From assembly GCA_002269645.1 (NCBI GenBank), contig NIVC01004693.1, positions 1-37,866 of the forward strand: 37,866 bases of DNA. The letters run 5' to 3'. The translations under genes and the position numbers were made by a program. The first letter of the stretch is position 1. Every line of letters begins with the position of its first letter. This DNA comes from Macrostomum lignano (lineage: Eukaryota). Positions 1-11,546 of this stretch are shown here, in pieces. Below the pieces are notes generated by a model. It did not search any database, was not told the DNA's origin, and worked only from the letters and a program-made list of their open reading frames with translations.

Positions 1-505
1 TGCGTGCTGCCAATCAACATGTTCAACGAGAAGATTTACATCTTCCTGTGGTTCTGGTTTATCCTCGTGGCAGTTGTCGCCATCAGCAGCTTCTCATTCT
101 GGATTTACAAGTCCGCATTCCGGTCGAATCGGACTCATTTCGTTCGCAAGTTTCTCAAGCTGCGCAGCGTCCTGGAGGCGGGCGACAAAGAAGCGCAGCT
201 TTCAGTTCGTAGACGACTATCTCCGGCCCGACGGGGTGTTCATCCTGCGACTGGTGGCGCAGAAACGCCGGCGAGCTGTGGCCTCGGAAGTGGCCGAGGC
301 GCTGTGGCACTGCTACCGCTACCGGCCGGGGCACCACATGAACGACGCAATCGCGGCGGCGGCGGCGGAGTCGGCGGTATCGGCGGCATTGTCGCCGACT
401 CGGACAGCAAAAAGGCGACAAAGCGGAAAGGCGGCAGCCGCAGCAGCAGCAGCAGCAGCAGCAGCGCTGAACGGCCTGGACGACGATCCCGGAGAATTTG
501 TTTAA
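1..505 (+). CDS. inx: Innexin, 3' part (TM4 and C-terminal tail), with apparent indels
   Basis: Frame 1 reads CVLPINMFNEKIYIFLWFW, the innexin ECL2/TM4 signature. After a frame change near 187-189 it continues FVDDYLRPDGVFILRLVAQ..VASEVAEALW, the innexin C-terminal motif, then a poly-Ala tail and a stop at 503-505. Confidence 0.92.
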   Translation, partial: ACCQSTCSTRRFTSSCGSGLSSWQLSPSAASHSGFTSPHSGRIGLISFASFSSCAASWRRATKKRSFQFVDDYLRPDGVFILRLVAQKRRRAVASEVAEALWHCYRYRPGHHMNDAIAAAAAESAVSAALSPTRTAKRRQSGKAAAAAAAAAAAALNGLDDDPGEFV

Positions 506-2570
506 AACGTCTCGAGCTTCGATCACGTGACAGTTTATGATAGCGTACCCCTCGCACTGTGCAGCATAATGAATTTTAAAGCTCTTAAAAGGTTAGCAAA
601 TGCTGATTTTAATCAATAGCAATGCCATTGATTGCGAATTTTTTAACTTTGACATTTACATTACCTACAGCTCTTCTGTTGATTGATTCGTTGACAAAAA
701 AGCAAAAGACTTAATTTTAGACTTAATAATACAATATGAGCAATAAGTGAAAAGTTGAGGTTAAAATTAGTTTTTGAAAAGTATAAAGCTGTTGTAGCTT
801 TGGATTATTAATCGAAAGATACTAGAAGTAGATTTATTTTATTATTCGTTGAATTTATATGGATAATATACGTAGTTTAAGTAAATTAGTAGATAATCTA
901 TTTAATTCAGTAATTCTTGTTCACTAATACACAATTTTGTATTTCACATGAATTTTTGACAAAAGCTTTGCTATAATTGTGATTTCTGATCGATCTAATT
1001 CAACTACTTAATTAATGAACTCAGAAATGAGATCGAACGATTATTTCTATGTATAATATAATATTTAATATTTATGTATAATATTTATGCAACATTATGT
1101 ATAATTATTTTTATAGGTAAAGATATATAATTAATTTACTTTCCGATTCATTTAAATTTCTCTCTCTCGCCTTCACTGGATAATACAGCACGCAACTCTT
1201 AAAGTACATGCACAAACCATAATTATGCTGGTATCGTCAGATATGAACAATCATATTTACCACTTATTATGACTTCCCTTTGTTAGGTAGTACACGTTAA
1301 AGTAAATTTTTTTATTAAGGGAAATAATTACCTGCTTGAACAATTGAATGGTGCCTAATGAATATGAAGAAATTAATATGACTGTGAATAATACCTGATC
1401 GTTAGCTAAATAATAGATAGCTAGCTCTAAGTTCTTTTATGCTTTTAAAACACATTTTGTTTTAATGGTTGCATCAACTCTTGTTACTGCACGATGGGAC
1501 TGGTTCATTGTGAGCTACTTATGTTGTGATTTGTTGTGAATAGATTTCGATATCAAAACGAAAATTATTTGGCTTGAAAACTATGTTTCTCGTATAAAAT
1601 ACAAGTATTTTGACATGATTATTCTGCGAGAGTTTTGTAGCGATCAAATATTTTTCGCTCTCTTAAAAAAGGATGTATCCGTAAAGTAAATAAAAACTGT
1701 TTAGATTTATTGTCTCTCATGTATTATAACAAATTGTGTTTCTCTTGTTTGATTCTTTTACTGGTAAATTCTGGTTTTCTCACTAGCTTACTATCAGTGA
1801 GGCGCAGTGCTTGATTGGCGGTGTATGGAATGTACCAGCAATCATAGCTAGAAGAAAAATCCGACCTTCTGGCAGAATCGTTGAATATCATCAATCGGTT
1901 TAATTGCTGGGCTGCATGGCGAGTTTGTATTTTTGTGAAGCGTTTGTCGCTCATTTGTAGATTTGACTAAACGCTGTTCGCGTTTCACAAGACTTCACAC
2001 TTCACTGCACTTCACAAGACACTGACATGTACATGTACTGTATAACCTTGATTCGCTTATGCAATGTGATCTGCGCTCGCCTATCCAAGCGTTGAATTAT
2101 AAGCTCGAAAACGATTGCGTCAATAGAGGAGCAGAGCTCTCGCGAAATTCTCTTGGTCGAATTCTGATCACATTGGGTAAACAGCTGTGCGAAATGTAGT
2201 AAGATGATTAAAACTAGACAGCAATTTCAGAGCAGTTGTGAATCACCAAAAACCTCCCCCCCCGTTGACGGCAGATGACAGATCGATCGGTGAGTCAACA
2301 ACATTGTGCAGAGTACAGTGGTGGATTCGGCAAAATTCGACAAACTTTCGATTGCCCGGAATGCATGAGTTAAAACCAGCTCAAAACAAATTCGGTATTT
2401 GGTCCAAACGTGGCCGTCTCTTAGCTCCATATTAGGGAACGAGACGGCTTGGGGAAGTTACGAATTAGGCAGAAATTGCAGCATTTTCGCCAATTTCCTG
2501 TAGATAAATTGCCACTGCAGCGATTATAAAAGCGCTTTTAAAACGGCAAAATTTAACTTGAAGCTTTAAA

Positions 2571-4915
2571 ATGATTTTCACTGCAGTAGCGGCATTGCTG
2601 CTAGCGAGTACACACACCAGTGCTCAAGCGCAGGCGACCTGCGATTTCACGGACTCATCGTGTTGCCAGGACTCTAAATGCGAGTTCTATGGCGACTGCT
2701 GCCACCGTTCATTAAAGCCAAGGTCCCCCCTGCTGCACTGCCACTCGCTGGTACTGTTGGCAAACGACTCGCTCGCGCAAGATGACCAACTAAGCCACTC
2801 GCACTACTGGATCGTGGCTCGATGCCCAAAGTCCAGCAGTCAATCAGAGCAGCAGCGATGCACCAAGTTTCAGGAAGGACCGCTCGACCCAGACTCCCTA
2901 CCAGTGTGGGGCGCCTCGGGTCGATTGTACCAAAACAGCCACTGCCTGCGTTGTAATGGGGACGAGCCAGACGAAATTGTGTCCCAAATACAAGTCAGCA
3001 AAAATCCCGCTTGCAACTTGGAGAGCATCCGCTCCAGCTACTCACCGGCCGGGCTAGTCCTACCTGTTGGCTGTTGGGTTCACCACTACTTGCACAGCCG
3101 CCAGAGCCGATGGTCGCTCAGGCCCTGCCCACTGATAGACTCATGCCCCATTGGCAGCGAGGCCAATGTCACCACGGAGTGCCGGCTAGGTCCCGCGGAA
3201 TGGACACGGTTCAGAAATTGGTCCAACTGCTACGCTCGCAATGCCGCCTGCAGCTGGTGCAATTCAAATGCCACAACAAAATGTGATCACAAGCGCTCGT
3301 TGCCAGGCGTCGTGATGCAAAACCTCGATCCAATCGATTTCATCATCAATTTCCGTCTGGACTATTTTTCTCAAATTTCCAACGAATCGGCGAGGAATTA
3401 CACGACACAGGAGACAAATCCGTGGCTATTGAACATGCAGGCTTCGCTGTTAGCAGCCTCCGACGCAGGTCTGGTTTGCCTGCTGGCTACCTACGCGTCG
3501 TTTGCCACTCTGCGCAACCGGGCGGGTCTGCTTCTCATGTCGCATGGAGTGGCTCTGCTGCTGGTGAACACCGTCTGTTTAATGTGGCTCATCTGGCCCG
3601 AGAACACAGGCTCTAACACGAGTTGGCCTCTGCTTCCGCCTCTGCTAGTCTTCTGCTTCAACTCGGCATTCGCCTGGGCGGCTCTGTTCGGCGTGGATCT
3701 GCTGCGCACATTGCGGGCCTCCATGCGGCCTGCGAGCTCGCGCTCGCCGCATTATCTTCGATTCGCACTGCTGGGCTGGGGCGTCCCGGCTCTGCTGGCC
3801 GCGGCAGTGGCCGCCGCCCTGCAGTTTGGAGGTCAGCTGTCGGCTTTGGAATGGCGACTGCTCCAGGTGCGTCTTTTGCCGCGATTTTAACTTTAATAAC
3901 TTGTAGCTATTTGGATGTACATATACAAGCGGCCGTGACGATTCCCATTGTGAGGCATTTGAATCGAACCTTTACTCAAATATGCTTTTGAAGAGGTTTG
4001 TAGTCTAGTGGTTAGAGCGTCGGACTTACGACTGAAAGGTCGGGGGTTCGATCCCGATCCTACACGGAACAATTTGTGTCCCTGAGCAGGACACTAAACT
4101 CTGCATTGCTTCAGTTCACCCAGCTGTAAAATGGGTGCCAGCATTAGCTGGGGTAATTGAGGGTGCGTGTGGCGACCCCCCCTTCCCCAGTCCTTGGACT
4201 GAACAGCCGTACGCAGCCTTCAGATGCGCCGCGCAATAACTGCGGCTGAGCGGTCGATTGTTTAGTTTAGCTATATTACTTTTGCTCAATACAGTGCGAT
4301 TGCAAAGTCGCAATATAGCAATCTACTGTCCAATCCAACCCAACCAAGGCCTTTCTGGTGTTCACTCCCTGGCTGCTGACGCTCCTGTTCAACGGCTGCG
4401 TCCTGACGCTGCTCTGGCACCGCTTGCTTCGGCTGGCCCGCCAGACCGGCCGCGCCCTGCAGGGCCCAGAATCGGCCACGTCGGCTAGCGCGGCGTCGGA
4501 CTCCGATCTGGTCCGACTGGCCGGAGCCACTGGCCGGGTGTCCGTCCTGCTGGGCCTGTGCTGGCTGCCCTTCTGCCTGGCCATCCTGACCGATCTCGGC
4601 CACGACTCGCCGCTGTACACGGCGGCCACCGTAGCTAGAAATCTTCACGGCCTCCTGCTGAGCGTCGCATTCGTTGGCAGCCGTCGAGTTCGTCGACAAG
4701 TGTCCCATCGAGCGTCGAGCCTCAGCTCTGCCATTAGTCGACGGTTGAGGCGTCCAACGACGCAGAGGCAGGACCGAGACGACCGGAAGCCAAGCATGCA
4801 GCCCCCGGAAGTGTCCAAATGCGACGATACAAAACGAAGGCGCTTCTTGGCTGTCCATCTGCGCTCGGAGCAGAGGCGAATCTCCGATGCAAAGACCACG
4901 GAGATTTCTACGTGA
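2571..4915 (+). CDS. Class B/adhesion-like (7tm_2, Methuselah-like) GPCR with N-terminal somatomedin-B-like Cys-rich region; two exons (2571-~3866, ~4295/4319-4915)
   Basis: Signal peptide MIFTAVAALLLASTHTSAQA; SMB-like CDFTDSSCCQDSKCEFYGDCC; PV..G..YQNSHCLRCN and YARNAACSWCN Cys motifs. The TM motifs ATYASFATLRNRAG, FAWAALFGVDL, LLGWGVP, VFTPWLLTLLFNG, LLGLCWLPF and NLHGLLLSVAF fit family-2 GPCRs. Donor CAG|GTGCGT at 3866/3867; the acceptor is ambiguous (4294 or 4318). Confidence 0.82.
3993..4260 (+). mobile_element. tRNA-derived SINE, family 1, copy A (inside the GPCR intron, 3' truncated)
   Basis: A-box-like TAGTCTAGTGG and B-box-like GGTTCGATCC, then a core GTGTCCCTGAGCAGGACAC...CTTCAGTTCACCCAGCTGTAAAATGGG shared with four other copies in the window. 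Confidence 0.85.
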
Positions 4916-5221
4916 CATTCTGATCCCCTTCCTGACGAAGACTCACTGCCGAATATCTCGTACAGACTACAATGAAAGTTATTTCGATTGAGTCTTTAGC
5001 GTAATAATCTTAAAACTATTCGAAATCCAGCGGATAGTTTCCATTACATAAAGGCTACAAATAAAAGCTATCAAGAGGCTGTCACCAGTTGTTAGAATCC
5101 GTTGTTAAAGGCCTCCACGACGGTCTTAGGCATCTATTGAAATCCGGCGACTCATTAAGTGATCTATTTGTGCACGAATTCGAATAAGAATTGAGTCAAT
5201 CCGATATATTCAAATAATAAA

Positions 5222-5520
5222 GAGGGTTGTAGCCTAGTGGTTAGAGCTCTCGGACTCATGACTGAAAGGTCGGGGGTTCGATTGTCGATTTGCTTGTAAC
5301 AAGTTGTGTCCTTGAGCAAGACGCTTAAACTCTGCATTGCTTCAGTTCACCCAGCTATAAAATGGGTGCCAGCATTAGCTGGGGTAATTGAGGCTGTGTG
5401 TGGCGACCCCCCAGTCCTTGGACTGAACAGCCGTACGCAGCCTTCAGATGCGCCGCGCAATGGCTGCGGCTGAGCTGTCGGTTCCATTAGGGCGGGTGTA
5501 ATCAATTTTTTATTACTATT
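5222..5520 (+). mobile_element. tRNA-derived SINE, family 1, copy B
   Basis: Same head, core and 3' body as copy A; ends in GGGCGGGTGTAATCAATTTTTTATTACTATT. Confidence 0.87.
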
Positions 5521-5801
5521 TTTAAATAAAAACTTCGTAAAATTGAAACATTTTTACAGTTACAACAGGGATTACGCATTTTTAGTTAGGTTATTTATAA
5601 ATTAAATTATAAATTAGTAATAAGGCGTTTAAATGCCTCTACCAACATACTAAAAATTTAAAGAGTAAGCTACTAATAGTAGAGTGCTATGCAGTACTGT
5701 GGTAGTTTTCAACTTAGAATATTTTTTATCTTTCACTGTTTTTTCAGAGTGAGTAAGAAGTTAGACCTAACTTCATTAAACTTCAGTCATCACAAATGAT
5801 T

Positions 5802-7452
5802 TCAGTTGGTTTTAGAGAATCCAATCAGGAGACCTCCAGCTCCGGGCATATCGAACATTGAGCAGCTCAGCATCTCAGCATTGAAATGGACTCCTTTGCA
5901 GACATAAATTGAGCTCAGGCACTCTATCAAGCACTCCGAGGGACTGCGAGCCCAGAGCTTCTGGACTGGATGGATGTCTTTGGACGGGAGTCCTTGGTGA
6001 AGCTGATATACTGCATTTTTTAGGTGAGTTAAATTGATTGTGAGCCCCTGGCTTGAAATCGTCCTTCGGCGAAATCGTCCCTCACCATGCGGTGAGGCAA
6101 ATCTACACAGTTGGTTGACTCCTGAACACATACTGTACACATGCTGTCAAGCACTCAGGCACATGCTCACACAGGGTGTACACAGCGGCACTCACTCACT
6201 CACTTACTCACTCACTCTCTCACTCACTCACTCACTCACTCACTCACTCACTCACTCACTCACTCACTCACTCATTCACCCGGAGAAACACTCACTCATT
6301 CACCCGGAGAAACACTCACTCATTCACCCGGAGAAACACTCACTCATTCACCCGGAGAAACACTCACTCATTCACCTGGAGCAACACTCACTCATTCACC
6401 CGGAGCAACACTCACTCATTCACCCGGAGAAACACTCACTCATTCACCCGGAGAAACACTCCCTCATTCACCTGGAGCAACACTCACTCATTCACCTGGA
6501 GCAACACTCACTCATTCACCCGGAGAAACACTCACTCATTCACCCGGAGAAACACTCACTCATTCACCCGGAGAAACACCCACTCATTCTGTCATTCACC
6601 CGGAGAAACACTCACGGTGGCTCCTCCCTTCCAGTGCAGTCACGTAGAGTTTAAACTCAAATCCGTACCAAAGCCGATTCCCGCAAGCTTTCAGTCGAAT
6701 CTCCACCGCATTGGTTTCAACATCAATAGTTTCGTTATCACCAAGACGAATCAACTTGTCTGTCGAGTTGACAATCAGCGATACTCGACCCGGACAGACG
6801 TCCGAGTCCTGTTGAGTTATTTGCATTTTAAATACGAAGTTGAAGGGAACCGTGACTACGCAGCGACTTGGTTCTCCACTGAGGTAGTGGCTGCAGTAGC
6901 GGTAGCCGAGCTGGCTAGTCAGAGACTGCTCAGCCGGCGATGGGGTAATCAGTATTGCCTGAGTGGCTGAGTACACTGCAATTGGAAATGGTATAGTTGC
7001 CAATACTCTTATTCCAGGTAACCCTGATTCCAGGTAACCCTGATTCCAGGTAACCCTGATTCCAGGTAACCCTGATTCCAGGTAACCCTGATTCCAGGTA
7101 ACCCTGATTCCAGGTAACCCTGATTCCAGGTAACCCTGATTCCAGGTAACCCTGATTCCAGGTAACCCTGATTCCAGGTAACCCTGATTCCAGGTAACCC
7201 TGATTCCAGGTAACCCTGATTCCAGGTAACCCTGATTCCAGGTAACCCTGATTCCAGGTAACCCTGATTCCAGGTAACCCTGATTCCAGGTAACCCTGAT
7301 TCCAGGTAACCCTGATTCCAGGTAACCCTGATTCCAGGTAACCCTGATTCCAGGTAACCCTGATTCCAGGTAACCCTGATTCCAGGTAACCCTGATTCCA
7401 GGTAACCCTGATTCCAGGTAACCCTGATTCCAGGTAACCCTGATTCCAGGGT

Positions 7453-7486
<34 letters not shown>

Positions 7487-7510
7487 GCTAACTAACTAAC
7501 TAACTACATG

Positions 7511-7597
<87 letters not shown>

Positions 7598-8686
7598 ATA
7601 ACTAACTAACTAACTAAATAACTAAATAACTAACTAACTAACCCACTGAGAAACGCAACTCACAATCCATCCTGACATCATTTCAGCAACCCTACAATTG
7701 GATCCCTAATCATAGCCGTGCTCAAAGCGCAGGTACTGAACAGACACGGATAGGTAATGGTTCGGCTCGGCAACCAGAGTCCAACTGCAGTTCACGTTGT
7801 TGGCGTAGGTGCACCTGGTATTTCTGCACAAGTTCAGGTAGTCTGCATGGCTTCTCAAATAGCGGCGCTGGTACCAGGTAGTTGGCGCGGTCAGTCTGGT
7901 GTCCTGAGCAGTCTGCAGGTTGCGGTGTGGCGAGCGAGAGAGCGGCAGAGTCCCAAATTTTCATACAGCTTCCATACTCTACAAACAGCTTCCATACTTT
8001 ACGAACAGCTTCCATACATGTACTCAGCTTCGAAACAGCTTCCATTATCTCCAAACAGCTTCCACAATCACAAACAGCTTCCACAATCTCCAAATAGCTT
8101 TCATAATCTCTAAACAGCTTCCACAATCTCAAATAGCTTCCATTATCTCCTAACAGCTTCCATAATCTCTAAACAGCTTCCATAATCACTAAACAGCTTC
8201 CACAATCTCCAAACAGCTTCCATAATCTCCAAAAAGGTTCCATAATCTCCAAACAGCTTCCATACTTTACGAACAGCTTCCACAATCTCCCAATGCTTCC
8301 AAAATCCAAATAGCTTCCGCAATCCACAAAAAGCTTCCACAAGCTCCAAATAGCTTCCGCAATCCACAAAAAGCTTCCACAAGCTCCAAATAGCTTCCAT
8401 AATTTCTCAATAGCTTCCATTAATCTCCAATACAATATACATGTACAGGTAGTTTCCTAAATCCACACTTAAAGTTTTCCTGCTGAAAACCCCTGAATAT
8501 TACAAGAATCAATTTCAATAAGTCTCTGAAACTCTCCACTAGTACCGTGGCTTCCCTAACCCCCATAAGCTCGCTGTTATGTGTATATTGCTAGTGTTTC
8601 GTACACTGCAAAAACTTACAGCTGATTAGTGTATAGAATGTTATAGCGAACTGCAGAGCAACCAACAACAGTGGAGTAAACGCCAT
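5802..8686 (-). CDS. Secreted CUB + CUB-like + PAN/apple domain protein; four putative exons (8686-8620, ~7912-7650, ~7000-6644, 6047-5802), with frame lesions (possible pseudogene)
   Basis: Exon 1 is a signal peptide, MAFTPLLLVALQFAITFYTLIS, followed by a GTAAGT donor. Exon 2 has a frame not shown in the track: YANNVNCSWTLVAEPNHYLSVSVQYLRFEHGYD (CUB). Exon 3 is CUB-like (CVVTVPFNFVFKMQIT...YGFEFKLY|GTGAC). The last exon reads SPSECLIECLSSIYVCKGVHFNAEMLSCSMFD (PAN/apple Cys pattern). In-frame stops and frameshifts lie in and around exon 2. Confidence 0.62.
6186..6612. repeat. (CACT)n microsatellite grading into a 24-bp minisatellite (CACTCACTCATTCACCCGGAGAAA, about 14 copies)
   Basis: Read directly. 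It produces the LTHS/THSPGETL/HSFTRRNT repetitive ORFs. Confidence 0.95.
7011..7450. repeat. 16-bp minisatellite ATTCCAGGTAACCCTG, about 27 copies, apparently invariant
   Basis: Read directly. Confidence 0.97.
7452..7642. repeat. (TAAC)n microsatellite
   Basis: Read directly, with a few variant units. Confidence 0.97.
7965..8425. repeat. Degenerate ~20-22-bp minisatellite (AAACAGCTTCCAYAATCTCY)
   Basis: Read directly. It gives the repetitive LWKLF/MEAV ORFs. Confidence 0.9.
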
Positions 8687-9149
8687 CAAAATGCAAGATG
8701 TGAGACAAAAAACCATTTCAATTTTCAAGCGACGATATTATTGATGCAATATATAATGAAATCGATTCCAATACGTATCCCATAGCAACCAAGTAATCAT
8801 TTTTTGTTTATCTACGCGCAAAAAATTAATGTTTCTAGGGCGTCAATAAATGCAATTTAAAAAAATTATTGCATTTTTTATTTGAGCAACAAAAGAACCA
8901 ATCAATTTTATTAACTTCTGTATGTCCCAGAATATGACAGATATTGCTATGATTGCAACCTTGAGTTACCTTAGCGACGGCGCTACAACAGACAATTAAG
9001 GGTCAGTTCAGACAAGGCAACAGCTGAGACATTAGCTAAACCATTCTCAACAACGAGTCTCCTCTTTTCAAATACTGAAAGTGCGAAACATCAAACCAGA
9101 ATTACAGGAAACATCAGATTAGTATTCAAGAAACACACTAGACCTGCCA

Positions 9150-9790
9150 TTCAGGAAGCACCGCCCTGGCCATTCCAGGAAACACGAAACCGGCCATTCC
9201 AGGAAACACCAAACCGGCCATTCCAGGAAACACCAGACCGGCCATTCCAGGAAGCACCAGACCGGCCATTCCAGGAAGCACCAGACCGGCCATTCCAGGA
9301 AACACCAAACCGGCCATTCCAGGAAACATCAAACCGGCCATTCCAGGAAACATCAAACCGGCCATTCCAGGAAACACCAGACCGACCATTCCAGGAAGCA
9401 CCAGACCGGCCATTCCAGGAAACACCAAACCGGCCATTCCAGGAAACATCAAACCGGCCATTCTAGGAAACACCAGACCGACCATTCCAGGAAACACCAG
9501 ACGGGCCATTCCAGGAAACACCAAACCGGCCATTCCAGGAAACACCAAACCGACCATTCTAGGAAACACCAGACCGATCATTCCAGGAAACACCAGACCG
9601 GCCATTCCAGGAAACACCAGAACGGCCAGGCCATTCCCGGAAACACCAGAACGGCCAGGCCAGGAAGCACCAGACCGGCCATTCCAAGAAACACCAGACC
9701 GGCCATTCCAGGAAACACCAAACCGACCATTCTAGGAAACACCAGACCGACCATTCCAGGAAACACCAGACCGGCCATTTCAAGAAACAA
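9150..9790. repeat. 24-bp minisatellite CCATTCCAGGAAACACCAGACCGG, about 26 copies
   Basis: Read directly. It gives the MAGLVFPG repetitive ORF. Confidence 0.95.
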
Positions 9791-11546
9791 CAGGGGCCCA
9801 ATCATACATGCGCAACCATCACTCGGCCGTTTCTATTGGCAACACACGTGTAAGTCGTTATTGGCCAAGAGCAGTCACGTGACTACTATTCCGTCCAATA
9901 GGTGAATCCCTAGGTTGCGCCCAAGCATGGGCCCAATCCACTGACACTTAAAAAACCCACAGATGCACACGAAAACGTCGCACGTGCAGGCACCCGCTCA
10001 CACAGGGTGTACATGTACAGCGCCCCTGACTTTCTAATCGTCAGAGATGTACACTCTCTGCGCTTTGCGGATTGGCTCGCATGGGTGGTGAATCTCACGA
10101 CAAGCTCCAATTCTGGAGCACAAGCCTCCCATATTTCAATATCGAAAAAGAAATGAAAAAATTCATCTTCAATTCAGTAATCTGGACAAAATTTTTAACA
10201 AAAAAAGCTTTCAATTCTAGAGCAAAAACCAACAGCAAAAAAGGCGAATTGGAAACGCAAGAGAAGCGCTCCTCTGAATCAGTGAATGTGGAGGATTGTA
10301 TATTTTCAATAACAATCCATCATGTGTAAAATATAGACATAATAAATATGCGCATAAATAATTAAGCTTTATAACATGTTGATAGGCAAATATTCTGTAC
10401 TATTAAGAATTTTATATAATATTACTATTTTAACAATTGAAATCTAGAGAAAAAAAAAGTACAAAATTATATTACTAACAAAAGTACGTGATTAGGCTAA
10501 AAATGTGCGGATTCAAAACTTGTACATAAAATTTCTTTGTTCAAAAGACGAGGTCTTTGTTTTACATGTAATTCTTATTTCATAGTTAATCATTAAAATT
10601 TAGCTTTCAGCTTGTCCACCTACTTTATTGGAACATAATTATTGAGTAGTAAGTACAGAATATAGCAACTATCTTCATAGAATTCATCCACAATATTAAA
10701 TTCTGATCAAGCACCAGCTATAATGAAAACTTACCCGTAGACTAAAAGTAACCATGGATTGCTAATCTAGCAGTCCTTATAAGCATTATAAAAAGTACGT
10801 ATATTATTCATTGCTAAAAACAGACTTATCTATCTATCTGCAATAAATTGGCAAGCATATTAAAAAAGCACGCATGAAAATATTAACAAGTAGTATGCTA
10901 TGTAAATTGTGCGAAAAAACAAATAAATTTGGGTGGAATTTTGCATCATAAATGAGACTTGATTGCTCAAATTTAGCAACTGTTTCTATTTGATCCCAAC
11001 ACAGTTCGGCATCCTATTAAAAAGTGCGAAATGTACTGATTAATTCGAAAAATTCACTAGAAATTTGAAAGTTTGAAGTTAACAAGAAACGATAACTAAA
11101 GACAGGTACTTCCGGGCATTAAGTAATAAAAGCAGAAAAAACAAAATGATTATACAAACTCCGCAGCTAGGAAGCATAAACTGGGTCCTGCGGTGGCAGT
11201 CGGTAACGATTTAAACCAATTGATTCCTGTCTCGAGAGAGCTGAACTGCTCAACCAGAAGCGCGTGACAAATATGCAGCCAGCTAAGTGGCTAATGAGGA
11301 AACTTCTAATCCAAATAAAATAATAATTCAAACTAGAACTTGAAATTATTGCCTGGCAAAGAAGAATTCTAAAACTGTTGAAGAGAATCCCATCTGGAGA
11401 AAACCCAGTTTCTAAGAATCCCATGTAAAAGAAATTACTGTTGAACCACAGGATGGTATCGCAGTTTAGGGAATACCAAAATAAAATAAAAAGTCGTGGA
11501 GAATCCCTCTTTGTGGAAAGCCTAATTAGGTAAGTTCCAATTAAGA

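Noticed and set aside
1724-1954. 76-aa minus-strand ORF MSDKRFTK...
   Set aside because: No recognisable domain or splice support; its length is compatible with chance.
2413-2449. Hairpin GCCGTCTC...GAGACGGC upstream of the GPCR
   Set aside because: A single 8-bp stem is expected by chance in 38 kb.
3993-4070. Functional tRNA genes at the SINE heads (also near 5222, 13603 and 31940-32016)
   Set aside because: A and B boxes are present, but there is no clean acceptor stem or T-rich terminator, and each runs into a SINE body.
7452-7642. True telomere or interstitial TTAGGG array
   Set aside because: The tract is (TAAC)n, not (CCCTAA)n; only isolated telomere-like words occur.
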